Shown here piece by piece: positions 23,501-33,308 of a DNA stretch of 64,000 bases; the first letter of the stretch is position 1; each line of letters opens with the position of its first letter. The notes below the pieces were generated by a model, which did no database searches, was not told the origin of the DNA, and worked only from the letters and a program-made list of their open reading frames with translations. A program made the translations under genes and the position numbers. Source of the DNA: an uncultured Gammaproteobacteria bacterium (GTDB taxonomy: Bacteria; Pseudomonadota; Gammaproteobacteria; JAURND01); NCBI GenBank assembly GCA_963714975.1, contig CAVQQD010000002.1, positions 416,001 to 480,000 on the forward strand, in the 5' to 3' direction.

Positions 23501-24280
23501 GAGGCGGAGTATGATGGTTGTAGGAATCAAATTATTCGAGCGATGGAGGAGGCTGAGGTGGTACCTAATCAGGAGACCACCCTCTCTCTTTATGCCAGCC
23601 AACCGACATTCTTTGGCGGAGCCAGTAGCTTTAGTATCACTTCGAGTGATGCCAAAACAACAGCAGCTCCCCTGGATGAAAAAACACGCCAACAATTACA
23701 AAATGAATTAATTCAGGCTTGTGAAAATGGTAGTTTGGTGAAAGTTAAGGCCGCCATAGTTAAAGGGGCCTTAGTGGATTTACCCAACGCACAAGGCAAA
23801 AATCCGCTGTATTGTGCCGTGTATGGTATGAATCCTGAAGTGGTGAACTATGTCATTGCGCAGCGAGATGAAAATGCCCCTGCCAGCTCTTGGCAAGCTT
23901 GTGAAGAACATAACAAGAAACACTACCAGGGACAAACTTTTTTAAACATAAAATTTGCACCTGATTATTACAAAGATTGGTATCGTTTACTAGTTGAGAT
24001 CGAACCTAATGAATTTTTAGCGGGGTATCATCTTGCGCGGGTTCATAAGTATCATGGTAAGGCTAAGTGGTGCGAAAATTTTGAGGCGTTAAAAAAAGAA
24101 ACAGGTGAGTGCGGGGCGTATGGGCTGGGGCCTGGTGACAAGGTGGCGGGAGTGCGATTCATGGTGGAGACTGATCAGGGGTTTGACAGTTATAGGCATC
24201 AAATCAAGCTGGTGATTGAGGGATTACAGGCGGTGCAAACCAATCAGTCGATGACTCTGAATGGGGGTGGTACGAATTAA
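20582..24280 (+). CDS. Sel1 repeat + eukaryotic-like protein kinase + ankyrin repeats + four ~170-aa ankyrin-containing modules; candidate effector
   Basis: AGGAGG RBS; Sel1 AAEAGNTLAHYYLGRCYQTGRGV; kinase LGDGGQGKVY, VAVK, HRDLKSINI, DFD; ankyrins GHTPLMRA and GWTPLFWA; modules begin at 21974, 22511, 23024, 23696. Confidence 0.9.
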   Translation: MSLSLEEKEKKIEHLKEIPDDLTTTFHFYQLAAEAGNTLAHYYLGRCYQTGRGVTVSLPDARRCFKIVVDHYPENHPQAQAAAQRLQSIPSTIPTSVVIPTIEIAEFEESEEKKLGDGGQGKVYQNKWRDEVVAVKYFSAHITEVQKQVQRLAEAKTNQSDYLMQVKALCLKPPCVVLEYISESNLSQFLGARPNIIWLHRYRLAHDIIQGVAYLHKQGLLHRDLKSINIMVIERPRLHTKLCDFDSLKKNQVGETGSTGVMTTPYYLDPRYSEGFSESYKSYAWYNEIYNLGCVLLEITTCKDLPSVHIHGNDFYIRKEQKDIPLRDSIPTNCPANFAQLIRDCLQYDATLQPRAEVLAQRMTALLEAEQCKLANTPDGKGHTPLMRAIYHRKIGKVATLLACKADVNHIDSHGWTPLFWAVQGGKQATRMTRLLLKAKADPTIVGPKQTVSVLQLILQNSLILQNELISACENGSLTKVKAAIAKGALVNLPNMQGKNPLCCAVYGMNPGVVNFVITQRSESVPANFWQACEEHNKKHYGQTFLSMEFAPVYYKDWYDLLEKIESNEFLVRYHLAQVHKYEKNRCWWDKDLIELKRVVAMGISEALSLGWRWVGVGRSVAETEVGYADYRNQIKQAIETVPLQNELIKGCENGSLTQVKVAIGKGASVDLPNWQGKNPLYCAVYGMNPDVVSYIIAQYGENSLIPSWESCEDHNKKYYGQIFLNMKFASVYYRDWYNLLVQIEHNEFLAGYHLTQVHKYYGKDGWCKNFGSLKEYVKLRFDGAERGGSQSTDGTEHEYAGCRNQIKQTMELSLQNELITACENGSLSKVKAAITKGALVNLPNAQNKKPLYCAVYGMNPEVVNYIIAQRSKKASTTSSWEACEEHNKKHYGQTFLNMKFAPKTYSEWYTLLTQIESNEFLEGHHLAQVQGYYEKTEWCVNLQSLLEWVSSRAARTHYLLIYYDRRSVFPETEAEYDGCRNQIIRAMEEAEVVPNQETTLSLYASQPTFFGGASSFSITSSDAKTTAAPLDEKTRQQLQNELIQACENGSLVKVKAAIVKGALVDLPNAQGKNPLYCAVYGMNPEVVNYVIAQRDENAPASSWQACEEHNKKHYQGQTFLNIKFAPDYYKDWYRLLVEIEPNEFLAGYHLARVHKYHGKAKWCENFEALKKETGECGAYGLGPGDKVAGVRFMVETDQGFDSYRHQIKLVIEGLQAVQTNQSMTLNGGGTN

Positions 24281-24317
24281 ATATAAAAAGGAATTACTGC
24301 ATTAGTTCAGGCTTGAT

Positions 24318-24539
24318 ATGACAATTACCTATTTGGGGGAGCCTAACCATCAAATTGAAGTTATAACAAGTATACTTATGCAAAATAAGGAGGCAAGAGA
24401 TATATTAGAAAAAAATCTTGACATTCTTTTAGAAACTCATAATCGGTTGAAAAAAAGAAAATTTTCTGAGGATGAGTTTACGGATAACACCTCTACAAGT
24501 CAGTCCGATAACTCTAATCCCTATTTAGGAAATTGCTGA
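24318..24539 (+). CDS. Small hypothetical protein or gene fragment
   Basis: 73-aa ORF right after the kinase gene; contains LKKRKF; no recognisable domain. Confidence 0.35.
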   Translation: MTITYLGEPNHQIEVITSILMQNKEARDILEKNLDILLETHNRLKKRKFSEDEFTDNTSTSQSDNSNPYLGNC

Positions 24540-24596
24540 AACAAAAGGAGCCTTGCTTGTATAATAGTTATAGCAAAATAACCAATCACTCAATGG

Positions 24597-25256
24597 GTGC
24601 AACAGGGCAAGGGTGATCCTCTTCAAAGCGCGAGGTTGACGCTAATGGCTCAACAATTTTTAGAAATTTTCTACAATAAATCCTCTATTAATGCATTAAC
24701 GAAAAAGTTTAATATCAGTAGCAAAGAGTTATTTGTACATAGACCTATTTTATCTATGTGGGAAGAGGGCGATCCCTTACATTTTATGGTTTCTAAGAAT
24801 CCAACGACAGATAAATCGCTTCCTCCTGGTTCCTCTTCTTTACTCGAATTTTCAGAAGAACTCCAGCAATTACTTCCTTCCTGCTCAATCGAGGTGAGAA
24901 GCAAAGAGCTGATGTATTTTGTGGCTGATGATATAGTGGATAAGACGGCAAAAGAATGGGCTAAAAAATATTTAGATACGGCTATTTCCGTAGATGCGTT
25001 AACACAAGCTTCACCAGGCGAACAATTTGTCGAACGGGAAAAATCACTAAAAAATTCTGAAACGGATCCACAAGGCACTTTCAGAGAAAAAACTGAATCT
25101 AAAGTAAATAAAAAACGTAAGACGATGGAAGGCACGGTCACTATAGCGTCAGATTTTTTTTCTCAAAGAAAGCACTTCTCTCTAGGACAGGACAGCAATG
25201 AAAACGAACATAGTTTAACTGCTCCAGGCGATAAATCCGATAGTAGTAGTCCCTAG
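24597..25256 (+). CDS. Hypothetical protein, possibly the remnant of a larger gene
   Basis: 219 aa, low-complexity Ser/acidic C-terminus, NKKRK motif; start uncertain. Confidence 0.5.
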   Translation: MQQGKGDPLQSARLTLMAQQFLEIFYNKSSINALTKKFNISSKELFVHRPILSMWEEGDPLHFMVSKNPTTDKSLPPGSSSLLEFSEELQQLLPSCSIEVRSKELMYFVADDIVDKTAKEWAKKYLDTAISVDALTQASPGEQFVEREKSLKNSETDPQGTFREKTESKVNKKRKTMEGTVTIASDFFSQRKHFSLGQDSNENEHSLTAPGDKSDSSSP

Positions 25257-25647
25257 CCTGGATAACCAAACAGTTTAGCTACAGAATATCGCAATGATCG
25301 AGAACATTGTGGCCAAAGCTAACCACCCAACCCCTTTTAATCCAGCCTTCCAGGCCATTGAGTTATTAGGTTTTTTATATTTATCCAAAGCATAAGAAAA
25401 TACAAATATTGCTTGCCACCGGAATCTCTCATTAAAAAGATATTCCTATTTCAAGAAATCAATGTAGATGTGCGGGTTGGGTAAGTGGCATGAGGCTGTT
25501 TATCGTTTTTTCACAACTATCGGTCCGACGGAAGCAATGCAGTTGTGGCACCGTCCTTCCAATGCGGCTTGACTCAGTGGAAGATTGCTTTGACATTATA
25601 ATGATATTAATAGGTCGCATTGAGTGCTAAGATCTTTTCCTCCAACC

Positions 25648-25709
25648 TTCGACACATGTTCGACACGGGATTTTGATGCTTTAGTGGATTTCATTGTAAC
25701 TCCTTGATT
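25648..25709. promoter_or_regulatory. att-like region: TTCGACAC direct repeats and IHF consensus next to tRNA 3' end
   Basis: TTCGACAC at 25648 and 25659; TAACTCCTTGATT (25697-25709) matches YAANNNNTTGATW. Confidence 0.45.
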
Positions 25710-25712
25710 TAC

Positions 25713-25788
25713 TGGTGGGCCGTGTAGGGATCGAACCTACGACCTATTGATTAAGAGTCAACTGCTCTACCAACTGAGCTAACGGCCC
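25713..25788 (-). tRNA. tRNA-Lys (CTT)
   Basis: Reverse strand GGGCCGTTAGCTCAGTTGGTAGAGCAGTTGACTCTTAATCAATAGGTCGTAGGTTCGATCCCTACACGGCCCACCA; 76-nt cloverleaf, anticodon CTT, encoded CCA. Confidence 0.97.
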
Positions 25789-25914
25789 GGGTCAATACTG
25801 GCTAAGGCTCGGCATAATACAATACTTTCCACCCCAACTCTAGGGACTGGCAATTTTTTTTGTTATACTCCCGTCAATTTTACGATTAACGATATCAACC
25901 CTAGGAACCATACC

Positions 25915-26574
25915 ATGAAATCACGTTGGCTTATTCCCATCCTATTCCTACTAGGAACGACTTTCTCGGTTCTCGCTTTGGCCGATGAACAAGCAGCCGC
26001 ACTTTCCCCAGAAATTGCTGCCAAGGTTTACAATCCTCAGGGCAATGTAGCCGCTGGTAATCCAAATGGCTCTATCACTTTGGTTGAATTTTTCGACTAT
26101 AATTGCCATTTTTGTCGGGCATTGCAACCCACGCTCGAAAAAATAATTGCCAAGAATCCGGACTTACGTGTCGTTTATAAAGAATACCTATTATTTGGTC
26201 CTTTTTCATTACCCGCAACTGCTGCTGCATTGGCAGCTCAGACACAAGGTCAATATCTCAAGCTCCATAATGCGTTATTAAAGGCCAATCGACCACTCGA
26301 TGAAAAGGAGGTGCTTAAAATTGCTAAGGAACAAGGATTTAACACGGAGCAGTTAAAAACAGCGATGCATAGCCCCGAAGTAAAAGAACAAATTATCCAA
26401 AATGAAAAGCTGGTTGAGCGAATAAACTTAGATGCAGCCCCGGCTTTCTATATTACTAGCACCCGCCTAGCTCATGATCCAACGCAGCCGAATATTCCGC
26501 AATATTTCTATGTCGGCAGTGAAGATGCTCAAGACAATTTGCAAAAGCTGATTGATCAAGTGCGCAAAGGCTAA
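25915..26574 (+). CDS. DsbA-family thiol:disulfide oxidoreductase (Com1/DsbA2/ScsC-like)
   Basis: Signal peptide; GNPNGSITLVEFFDYNCHFCR (CxxC); adjacent to dsbD. Confidence 0.9.
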   Translation: MKSRWLIPILFLLGTTFSVLALADEQAAALSPEIAAKVYNPQGNVAAGNPNGSITLVEFFDYNCHFCRALQPTLEKIIAKNPDLRVVYKEYLLFGPFSLPATAAALAAQTQGQYLKLHNALLKANRPLDEKEVLKIAKEQGFNTEQLKTAMHSPEVKEQIIQNEKLVERINLDAAPAFYITSTRLAHDPTQPNIPQYFYVGSEDAQDNLQKLIDQVRKG

Positions 26575-26578
26575 GGCC

Positions 26579-28375
26579 ATGATCCGGTTTCTTTGCGCAC
26601 TGTTCACACTGTTATTTCTGTCATTTCTGCCTATTTTGGCGACTGCCTCCCAACAGCCCATGCCAGTGGACCAAGCCTTTTCTATCTCAGCCAAACCTTT
26701 TGGTAGTGATACTGTCCTACTTCATTGGACCATTGCCCCCAAGCATTACTTATATCGTGAACGTTTTAGCTTTAAACCACTCAAGCCAGAGCAAGCCAGT
26801 GTTGGCAGTATTTTGCTCCCACTTGGCATCCCCAAAGAGGATACCATTTTTGGGAAGTATCAAGTATTTGCTAAAGATTTAACGATTCCAGTCCCGCTCA
26901 TTCATGCCGATTCGACCGACACTCAGCTGCAAGTAAAATACCAGGGTTGTTCTGAAGAGGGATATTGTTATCCACCGACTACTCGAGTGATCAACATCAA
27001 TTTTACCGCTGGCACGGCGCAGCTAGTGGCAAGTCCAAAACCTCCCGCCGCCATAGCGGATCAGCAAGACAAGTTTATTCGCTTATTGTCAGGTCATCAC
27101 CTGATAACAATTCTGCTTGGTTTTCTTGGCTTTGGGATCCTTCTTTCATTTACTCCCTGCGTTCTGCCTATGTTGCCTATTCTTTCCGGCATCATTGTCG
27201 GCCATCAAAAAACCATCACCACGGGCAAAGCTTTTCGTCTCTCTGTGGTTTATGTGCTTAGCATGGCATTGACTTATGCCATTGCCGGCGTATTAGTGGG
27301 CATGATCGGCGGCAGTGTTCAGGCAACCCTGCAAAAGCCCTGGGTATTAATCCTGTCTAGCCTATTATTTGTGTTATTGGCCCTGTCTTTTTTTGGTCTT
27401 TACCAGATCAAACTGCCAGCACGTTTTGAAGAAAAGATCGCAAATCTCAGTCGACACCAGAAAAGCGGGCATTATGCTGGTGTTGCTATTATGGGTTGCC
27501 TAGCCTCATTAATCATCTCCCCCTGCGTAACTCCTGCCTTAGTTGGAGTACTCAGCTACATTGGCCAATCCGGAAACGCTTTATTTGGCGGGATTGCTTT
27601 ATTTGCTCTCGGTTTAGGGATGGGTTTCCCCTTGTTGCTGGTGGGTGCTGCCGGAGGTAAATTACTGCCTAAAGCGGGCGCTTGGATGAAAACCGTTGAA
27701 TCGGTATTTGGGGTATTATTTTTGGGGATGGCGATTTGGATTTTAAGTCGGATTATCCCTGCGCAAATAACTTTAGTGTTATGGGCTTCTTTGCTCATTA
27801 TTTCCGCTATATATCTTGGGGCATTCTCTTCCAATCCAGTTCATGGTTGGCAAAAGCTATGGAAAGGATCGGGGATCATTATGCTCGTCTATGGAATTTT
27901 AATGATTGTAGGAGCTGCGCAGGGCAACATCGACCCCTTACGACCTCTTAGCTTAGGCAACACTCCTCATGTTACTCAACAAGAACAGCAACGCCCGCTG
28001 TTTGTACGGGTGAAGACTCCTGAGGACGTTGCTTCGGCTATTCAAACCGCGAAAGGGCAGGGGAGACCTACCCTGTTAGACTTCTATGCCGATTGGTGTG
28101 TAAGTTGCATAGAAATGGAGCGCAGCAGTTTTCGCGATCCAGAGGTACTTGCGGCTCTGGAGCAATTTATTAGATTAAAAGCAGATGTAACGCATAATAA
28201 CCCTGAAGATAAAAGTATGATGCAGCACTATCAAGTCGTTGCTCCTCCCACTCTTTTGTTTTTTAGCCCTAAAGGAGATTTAATGACATCCTTGACCTTA
28301 GTTGGGAAAGTGGATAAGCAAGTCTTATTGGCGCATTTACACCGAGCTGGTATGATTCAGGACCATAATTTATGA
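26579..28375 (+). CDS. dsbD: Thiol:disulfide interchange protein DsbD
   Basis: YQGCSEEGYCYPP, FTPCVLPM, SPCVTP, DFYADWCVSC; start moved to ATG 26579. Confidence 0.95.
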   Translation: MIRFLCALFTLLFLSFLPILATASQQPMPVDQAFSISAKPFGSDTVLLHWTIAPKHYLYRERFSFKPLKPEQASVGSILLPLGIPKEDTIFGKYQVFAKDLTIPVPLIHADSTDTQLQVKYQGCSEEGYCYPPTTRVININFTAGTAQLVASPKPPAAIADQQDKFIRLLSGHHLITILLGFLGFGILLSFTPCVLPMLPILSGIIVGHQKTITTGKAFRLSVVYVLSMALTYAIAGVLVGMIGGSVQATLQKPWVLILSSLLFVLLALSFFGLYQIKLPARFEEKIANLSRHQKSGHYAGVAIMGCLASLIISPCVTPALVGVLSYIGQSGNALFGGIALFALGLGMGFPLLLVGAAGGKLLPKAGAWMKTVESVFGVLFLGMAIWILSRIIPAQITLVLWASLLIISAIYLGAFSSNPVHGWQKLWKGSGIIMLVYGILMIVGAAQGNIDPLRPLSLGNTPHVTQQEQQRPLFVRVKTPEDVASAIQTAKGQGRPTLLDFYADWCVSCIEMERSSFRDPEVLAALEQFIRLKADVTHNNPEDKSMMQHYQVVAPPTLLFFSPKGDLMTSLTLVGKVDKQVLLAHLHRAGMIQDHNL

Positions 28376-28395
28376 ACCACCTATAGGATATCACT

Positions 28396-28884
28396 ATGGA
28401 TAAACAAAAGATCAAAAAAATCAAAAAACTCATTCAATTATTGCAAGAGACTGGAATCGGCGAAATTGAAATTCATGAGGGGGAAGACTCTATTCGGATT
28501 AGTCGAAATGGCGCCGCAATGATTGCGACACCCCAATTTATTGCACCTGGCTTTGCTCAAGCTCCGGCCGTCGCCACTACACCTGCCTCGCACATCACAC
28601 AGATCCCTGGAAGCCCTGAGAGCAAACCTGCCAAAGAAGTCGAAGGACATTTGGTCAAATCCCCTATGGTCGGCACTGTGTACTTAGCTTCTGCGCCTGG
28701 CGAAAAGCCGTTCGTCGAAGTGGGTCAATCAGTCAATATGGGTGACACCATTTGTGTCATCGAAGCCATGAAAATGTTCAACCAAATTGAAGCGGATAAA
28801 ACAGGCACCATCAGTGCACGTTTAATTGAAAATGGTAACCCTGTCGAATATGACCAAGCTCTTTTCATAATCGAGGAGGGTTAG
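28396..28884 (+). CDS. accB: Acetyl-CoA carboxylase biotin carboxyl carrier protein
   Basis: SPMVGT and EAMKM biotinylation motif. Confidence 0.97.
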   Translation: MDKQKIKKIKKLIQLLQETGIGEIEIHEGEDSIRISRNGAAMIATPQFIAPGFAQAPAVATTPASHITQIPGSPESKPAKEVEGHLVKSPMVGTVYLASAPGEKPFVEVGQSVNMGDTICVIEAMKMFNQIEADKTGTISARLIENGNPVEYDQALFIIEEG

Positions 28885-28886
28885 GC

Positions 28887-30236
28887 ATGTTAAAGAAAGT
28901 GCTGATCGCTAATCGCGGCGAAATTGCCTTGCGTGTCCTGCGTGCTTGCAGAGAGTTGGGCATTAAAACCGTGGCCATTTACTCTACTGCAGACCAAAAT
29001 CTAATGCATGTACGTCTGGCGGATGAAGCTGTCTGCATTGGCCCAGCCAGCTCAGCTGAAAGCTATCTGAACATTCCCGCCGTGATCAGCGCAGCAGAAA
29101 TTACTCATGCGGATGCAATCCACCCAGGCTATGGTTTTTTGGCAGAAAATACCGATTTTGCTGAGCGCGTAGAAAAAAGCGGATTCACCTTCATTGGCCC
29201 GACCAGTGAGGTCATTGAAACCATGGGAAATAAAGTATCTGCGATTGCTGCAATGCGCGAAGCGGGAATTCCCTGTGTTCCAGGCTCTAATGGCATTTTG
29301 GGTGATAACACTGAAGAAAACTTACGAATTGCTGAAGAGATAGGTTATCCTGTCATTATTAAAGCTGCTGGGGGCGGTGGTGGGCGCGGTATGCGGGTTG
29401 TCCATAGTCATGAATTATTACTGAACTCGATTGCCATGACGCGCACCGAAGCTGAGGCAGCTTTTGGCAATCCTAAAGTCTACATGGAAAAATTCCTGCA
29501 AAATCCGCATCACATCGAAGTTCAAGTGCTAGGGGATGGGAAAGGCAACGCCATCCATCTAGGCGAGCGAGATTGCTCACTCCAGCGCCGTCATCAAAAA
29601 GTGCTGGAAGAAGCACCTGCAGTTATTATCACTGAGGAACAACGTCGCTTTATTGGCGAGCGCTGTGTGAAGGCCTGCCAAGAAATAGCTTACCGTGGTG
29701 CTGGCACCTTTGAATTTCTCTATGAAAATGGCGAATTTTATTTTATTGAGATGAACACGCGCATTCAGGTGGAACACCCCATCACCGAAATGATCACTGG
29801 CATTGATATTGTTAAAGAACAACTGTGCATTGCTGCTGGTAAACCACTTAGCTACAGCCAAAAAGATATCACCCTGCGGGGACATGCGATCGAATGTCGC
29901 ATCAATGCTGAAGATCCCCGCTCATTTATTCCTTCGCCAGGAACTGTTAGCGTCTTTCATGCACCTGGTGGACCAGGCATTCGAGTGGATTCGCATATTT
30001 ACACCGGCTACAAAGTGCCTCCCTATTATGACTCGATGATTGCTAAAATTATCAGTTATGGAGAAAGTCGCGAAATTGCCATTGCTCGGATGCGCAATGC
30101 CTTGGATGAAATCATTATTGAAGGGATTAAAACCAATATTCCCTTGCAGCAAGAAATTTTGCAGGATAAAAACTTTATTGATGGAAAAATCAATATTCAT
30201 TATTTGGAACATAAGTTGAGACAGGCTAGCAAATGA
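28887..30236 (+). CDS. accC: Biotin carboxylase
   Basis: [35 protein letters not shown]. Confidence 0.98.
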   Translation: MLKKVLIANRGEIALRVLRACRELGIKTVAIYSTADQNLMHVRLADEAVCIGPASSAESYLNIPAVISAAEITHADAIHPGYGFLAENTDFAERVEKSGFTFIGPTSEVIETMGNKVSAIAAMREAGIPCVPGSNGILGDNTEENLRIAEEIGYPVIIKAAGGGGGRGMRVVHSHELLLNSIAMTRTEAEAAFGNPKVYMEKFLQNPHHIEVQVLGDGKGNAIHLGERDCSLQRRHQKVLEEAPAVIITEEQRRFIGERCVKACQEIAYRGAGTFEFLYENGEFYFIEMNTRIQVEHPITEMITGIDIVKEQLCIAAGKPLSYSQKDITLRGHAIECRINAEDPRSFIPSPGTVSVFHAPGGPGIRVDSHIYTGYKVPPYYDSMIAKIISYGESREIAIARMRNALDEIIIEGIKTNIPLQQEILQDKNFIDGKINIHYLEHKLRQASK

Positions 30237-31255
30237 GTCTGGTTGAGTGGCAGCAATTAAGGTTCTCTATTTCCGGTCAACAAAGCGATTCAGCAGAAGC
30301 ATTGCTGCAAGCCGCGGGAGCCTTTGCTGTGAGTTTCCAAGCCGCGCAGGAAGAAGAGGAGATATTCGAGCCCGACCTGAATGACACCCCTTTATGGGAA
30401 GAAGTTCAAGTCACTGCTTTGTTTGCAGAACACGCTGTGCTGACGCCCGTTATCGATCAACTACAACAAGCATTCGACTGCAGTCACTGCTCAATCGAGA
30501 AGATTCCAGAACAATCTTGGCAACGAAACTACCAACAACAGGTTAAACCGGTTTGTATTGCCGAGCGCCTGTGGATTTACCCAAGTTGGGAACCCATTTT
30601 AGCGCCAGATAAGCCACACATTATCCTCGATCCTGGCTTGGCTTTTGGTACTGGCACGCACCCCACGACTGGACTTTGCCTCGAGTGGCTAATCGAACAT
30701 GTCTATGCGGGGGTCTCTCTGTCATCCCGAGCTCCGTCATCCCGAGCTCCGTCATCCCGAGCGAAGCGAGGGATCTCCTGCAATTGGCATGGAGATCCCT
30801 TGTCGCAAGCTCCTCAGGATGACGAAGGGATGCGGGTAATCGATTATGGGTGTGGCTCCGGTATCCTGGCTCTTGCTGCGGTAGCATTGGGTGCACAAGA
30901 AGTGTGGGCAGTGGATAATGATCCGCAAGCCTTAGAAGCTACGCGTGAAAATGCACGTCGCAATCAATGTGAGCACAAGATCCACCCGGTTCTGCCAGAA
31001 GCACTACCAGAACTAATGGTCGATCTCTTAGTAGCTAATATTCTTAGCAAGCCCTTAATCACCCTGGCCCCACACTTCGCCGCCAAAGTTAAGCCCGGCG
31101 GCCACCTCGCTTTATCCGGTGTGTTAAAAACGCAAATTCACGAGGTAATTCCTGCTTACCAAGACTGGTTTTCTCTTTACCCCCCTAAAATTGCGGATAT
31201 AGAGGCATGGGTTAGATTAGACGGTGTTCGAAACTTGAGTTATAATCGCCTCTAG
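30233..31255 (+). CDS. prmA: Ribosomal protein L11 methyltransferase, with a 39-aa palindrome-derived insertion
   Basis: [32 protein letters not shown]; follows accC. Confidence 0.95.
   Translation: MSLVEWQQLRFSISGQQSDSAEALLQAAGAFAVSFQAAQEEEEIFEPDLNDTPLWEEVQVTALFAEHAVLTPVIDQLQQAFDCSHCSIEKIPEQSWQRNYQQQVKPVCIAERLWIYPSWEPILAPDKPHIILDPGLAFGTGTHPTTGLCLEWLIEHVYAGVSLSSRAPSSRAPSSRAKRGISCNWHGDPLSQAPQDDEGMRVIDYGCGSGILALAAVALGAQEVWAVDNDPQALEATRENARRNQCEHKIHPVLPEALPELMVDLLVANILSKPLITLAPHFAAKVKPGGHLALSGVLKTQIHEVIPAYQDWFSLYPPKIADIEAWVRLDGVRNLSYNRL
30713..30829. repeat. Family-B palindromic element inserted in frame in prmA, with a tandem 15-bp unit
   Basis: GTCATCCCGAGCTCC x2, then GTCATCCCGAGCGAAGCGAGGGATCTCC...CTCCTCAGGATGACGAA; 117 nt; matches 1313-1409. 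Confidence 0.9.
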
Positions 31256-31411
31256 TTTCAACTGATGGCTACAAAACATAAAACTTAAAACTATGCTCTT
31301 TTCGATCGGATTGTTACAAAATCTTACAGTTGAAATGCAAGGAAGATAAAAGAGTATGGTGGCGTTGTTACATACTTCCATTTTACACTGTGAACGGGAT
31401 GTCTTTTAACC

Positions 31412-31675
31412 ATGAATACTGTTGATGCTTTAAGCACTTTTCAGCAAAAATCCTTACGAGAATTTATTCTACATATGTTAGAAAATTATTTTGCTCAGCT
31501 GGATGCCTCTTTATTACCAAAAAATCTTTACGATTTAGTGATTGAGGAAATTGAGCCTCCTCTGATAACGGCCACTTTAAGTTACACCAAGGGTAATCAG
31601 TGCAAAGCAGCTGTCCTGTTAGGAATCAGCCGCAGCACCTTAAGAAAAAAAATGAAATTATATAATTTGAATTAG
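31412..31675 (+). CDS. fis: Fis-family DNA-binding protein
   Basis: LYDLVIEEIEPPL...TKGNQCKAAVLLGISRSTLRKKMKLY; directly upstream of purH. Confidence 0.9.
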   Translation: MNTVDALSTFQQKSLREFILHMLENYFAQLDASLLPKNLYDLVIEEIEPPLITATLSYTKGNQCKAAVLLGISRSTLRKKMKLYNLN

Positions 31676-31678
31676 CCT

Positions 31679-33262
31679 ATGGCGAATCAAACCAACAACC
31701 CAGTGATACAACGAGCGCTGATCAGCGTTTCTGATAAAACGGGTATTGTGCCATTAGCAAGGGAATTGCAAAAAAGAAACGTGGTGCTCCTCTCCACCGG
31801 CGGGACGGCGCAATTATTGCAGGCCGCAGGCATTCTAACCCAAGAAGTGGCCGAATATACTGGGTTCCCCCAAATCATGGGCGGGCGGGTAAAAACATTA
31901 CACCCAAAAATTCATGGCGGTCTCTTAGCGCGTCGGGACCTAGATACGGAGGTTATGCTGGAAAACCAAATCCTCCCCATTGATTTGCTTATTGTCAACC
32001 TCTATCCCTTTGCTAAAACTATCCAACAACCCTATTGTGGCTTAGAAACTGCTATCGAACAAATCGATATTGGTGGGCCGAGTATGCTTAGAGCTGGTGC
32101 AAAAAACTATCGATTTGTCACCACTTTAGTCGATCCCTTGGATTACTCCATGTTATTGCTTGAACTGGAGGCTGAACATGGCGCAACTACGCTTGAGACA
32201 CGCTTCAAATTAGCACAAAAAGTTTTTGCTCACACCGCGAAATACGATGGCAGCATTGCTAATTATCTGAACAAAATGCATCTGGATAATAGCCAAAACG
32301 CTTTTCCACAAGTCTTAACGATGCAATTTACCAAGCAGCAAGAGCTGCGCTATGGAGAAAATCCCCATCAACAAGCCGCATTTTATGTTGAGGAACCCAT
32401 TACCGAACCCAGCGTAGCTACGATTCATGCCCATCAAGGTAAGCCACTTTCTTTTAACAATATTGCGGACACCAATGCGGCGTTGGAATGTGTGAAATCT
32501 TTTTCGAGAAATGCTGCCTGCGTGATTGTCAAACATGCTAATCCCTGTGGAGTAGCTTTAGCGAATGATCAACTTGAGGCTTATCTTAAGGCCTGGCAAG
32601 TCGATCCTACCTCGGCGTTTGGAGGTATCATTGCTTTCAATCAACCCTTATTGGCTGACACCGCGAAAGCCATTTTGGATCACCAATTTGTTGAAGTGAT
32701 TATTGCTCCCAGGGTAGAGGATAAGGCCCTAACTTTATTGGCGAGTAAACCGAATATTCGGGTGCTGAGTTGCGGAGAATGGCAGACACAAAATCCCTAT
32801 CTGGATTATGCTCGAGTGAATGGGGGACTTTTGGTACAAGAAGCAGATACCGTCACGTTTTCTCCCAGTGATTTAAAAATCGTCAGCCAGCGTCAACCTT
32901 CTGTACAGGAATTTAATGACCTCTTATTTGCCTGGGAGGTAGCCAAGCATGTCAAATCGAATGCCATTGTTTATGCTAAAAACGAAACGACGATTGGGAT
33001 TGGCGCTGGCCAAATGAGTCGCGTCTTTAGCGCCATCATTGCTGCCCTCAAGGCTCGCGATGCCCAATTGGAATTATCTGGTGCAGTCATGGCCTCCGAT
33101 GCATTTTTGCCGTTTCGAGATGGGGTGGATACAGCAGTCAGCCAAGGCATCACGGCCATTATTCAACCAGGAGGATCATTACGTGATGCGGAAGTGATCA
33201 AAGCAGCCGATGAAGCAGGTATCGCCATGGTATTTACTGGCATTCGACATTTTAAGCATTAA
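31679..33262 (+). CDS. purH: Bifunctional AICAR transformylase/IMP cyclohydrolase
   Basis: [35 protein letters not shown]. Confidence 0.98.
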   Translation: MANQTNNPVIQRALISVSDKTGIVPLARELQKRNVVLLSTGGTAQLLQAAGILTQEVAEYTGFPQIMGGRVKTLHPKIHGGLLARRDLDTEVMLENQILPIDLLIVNLYPFAKTIQQPYCGLETAIEQIDIGGPSMLRAGAKNYRFVTTLVDPLDYSMLLLELEAEHGATTLETRFKLAQKVFAHTAKYDGSIANYLNKMHLDNSQNAFPQVLTMQFTKQQELRYGENPHQQAAFYVEEPITEPSVATIHAHQGKPLSFNNIADTNAALECVKSFSRNAACVIVKHANPCGVALANDQLEAYLKAWQVDPTSAFGGIIAFNQPLLADTAKAILDHQFVEVIIAPRVEDKALTLLASKPNIRVLSCGEWQTQNPYLDYARVNGGLLVQEADTVTFSPSDLKIVSQRQPSVQEFNDLLFAWEVAKHVKSNAIVYAKNETTIGIGAGQMSRVFSAIIAALKARDAQLELSGAVMASDAFLPFRDGVDTAVSQGITAIIQPGGSLRDAEVIKAADEAGIAMVFTGIRHFKH

Positions 33263-33308
33263 CCCGTTGTCCTGGTATGGATGCAGGGATGAAGCTCAAG
33301 GTACGCAT

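Noticed and set aside
21974-24240. Diversity-generating retroelement behind the variable modules
   Set aside because: No reverse transcriptase or template repeat in the window; differences include indels and are not visibly adenine-specific.
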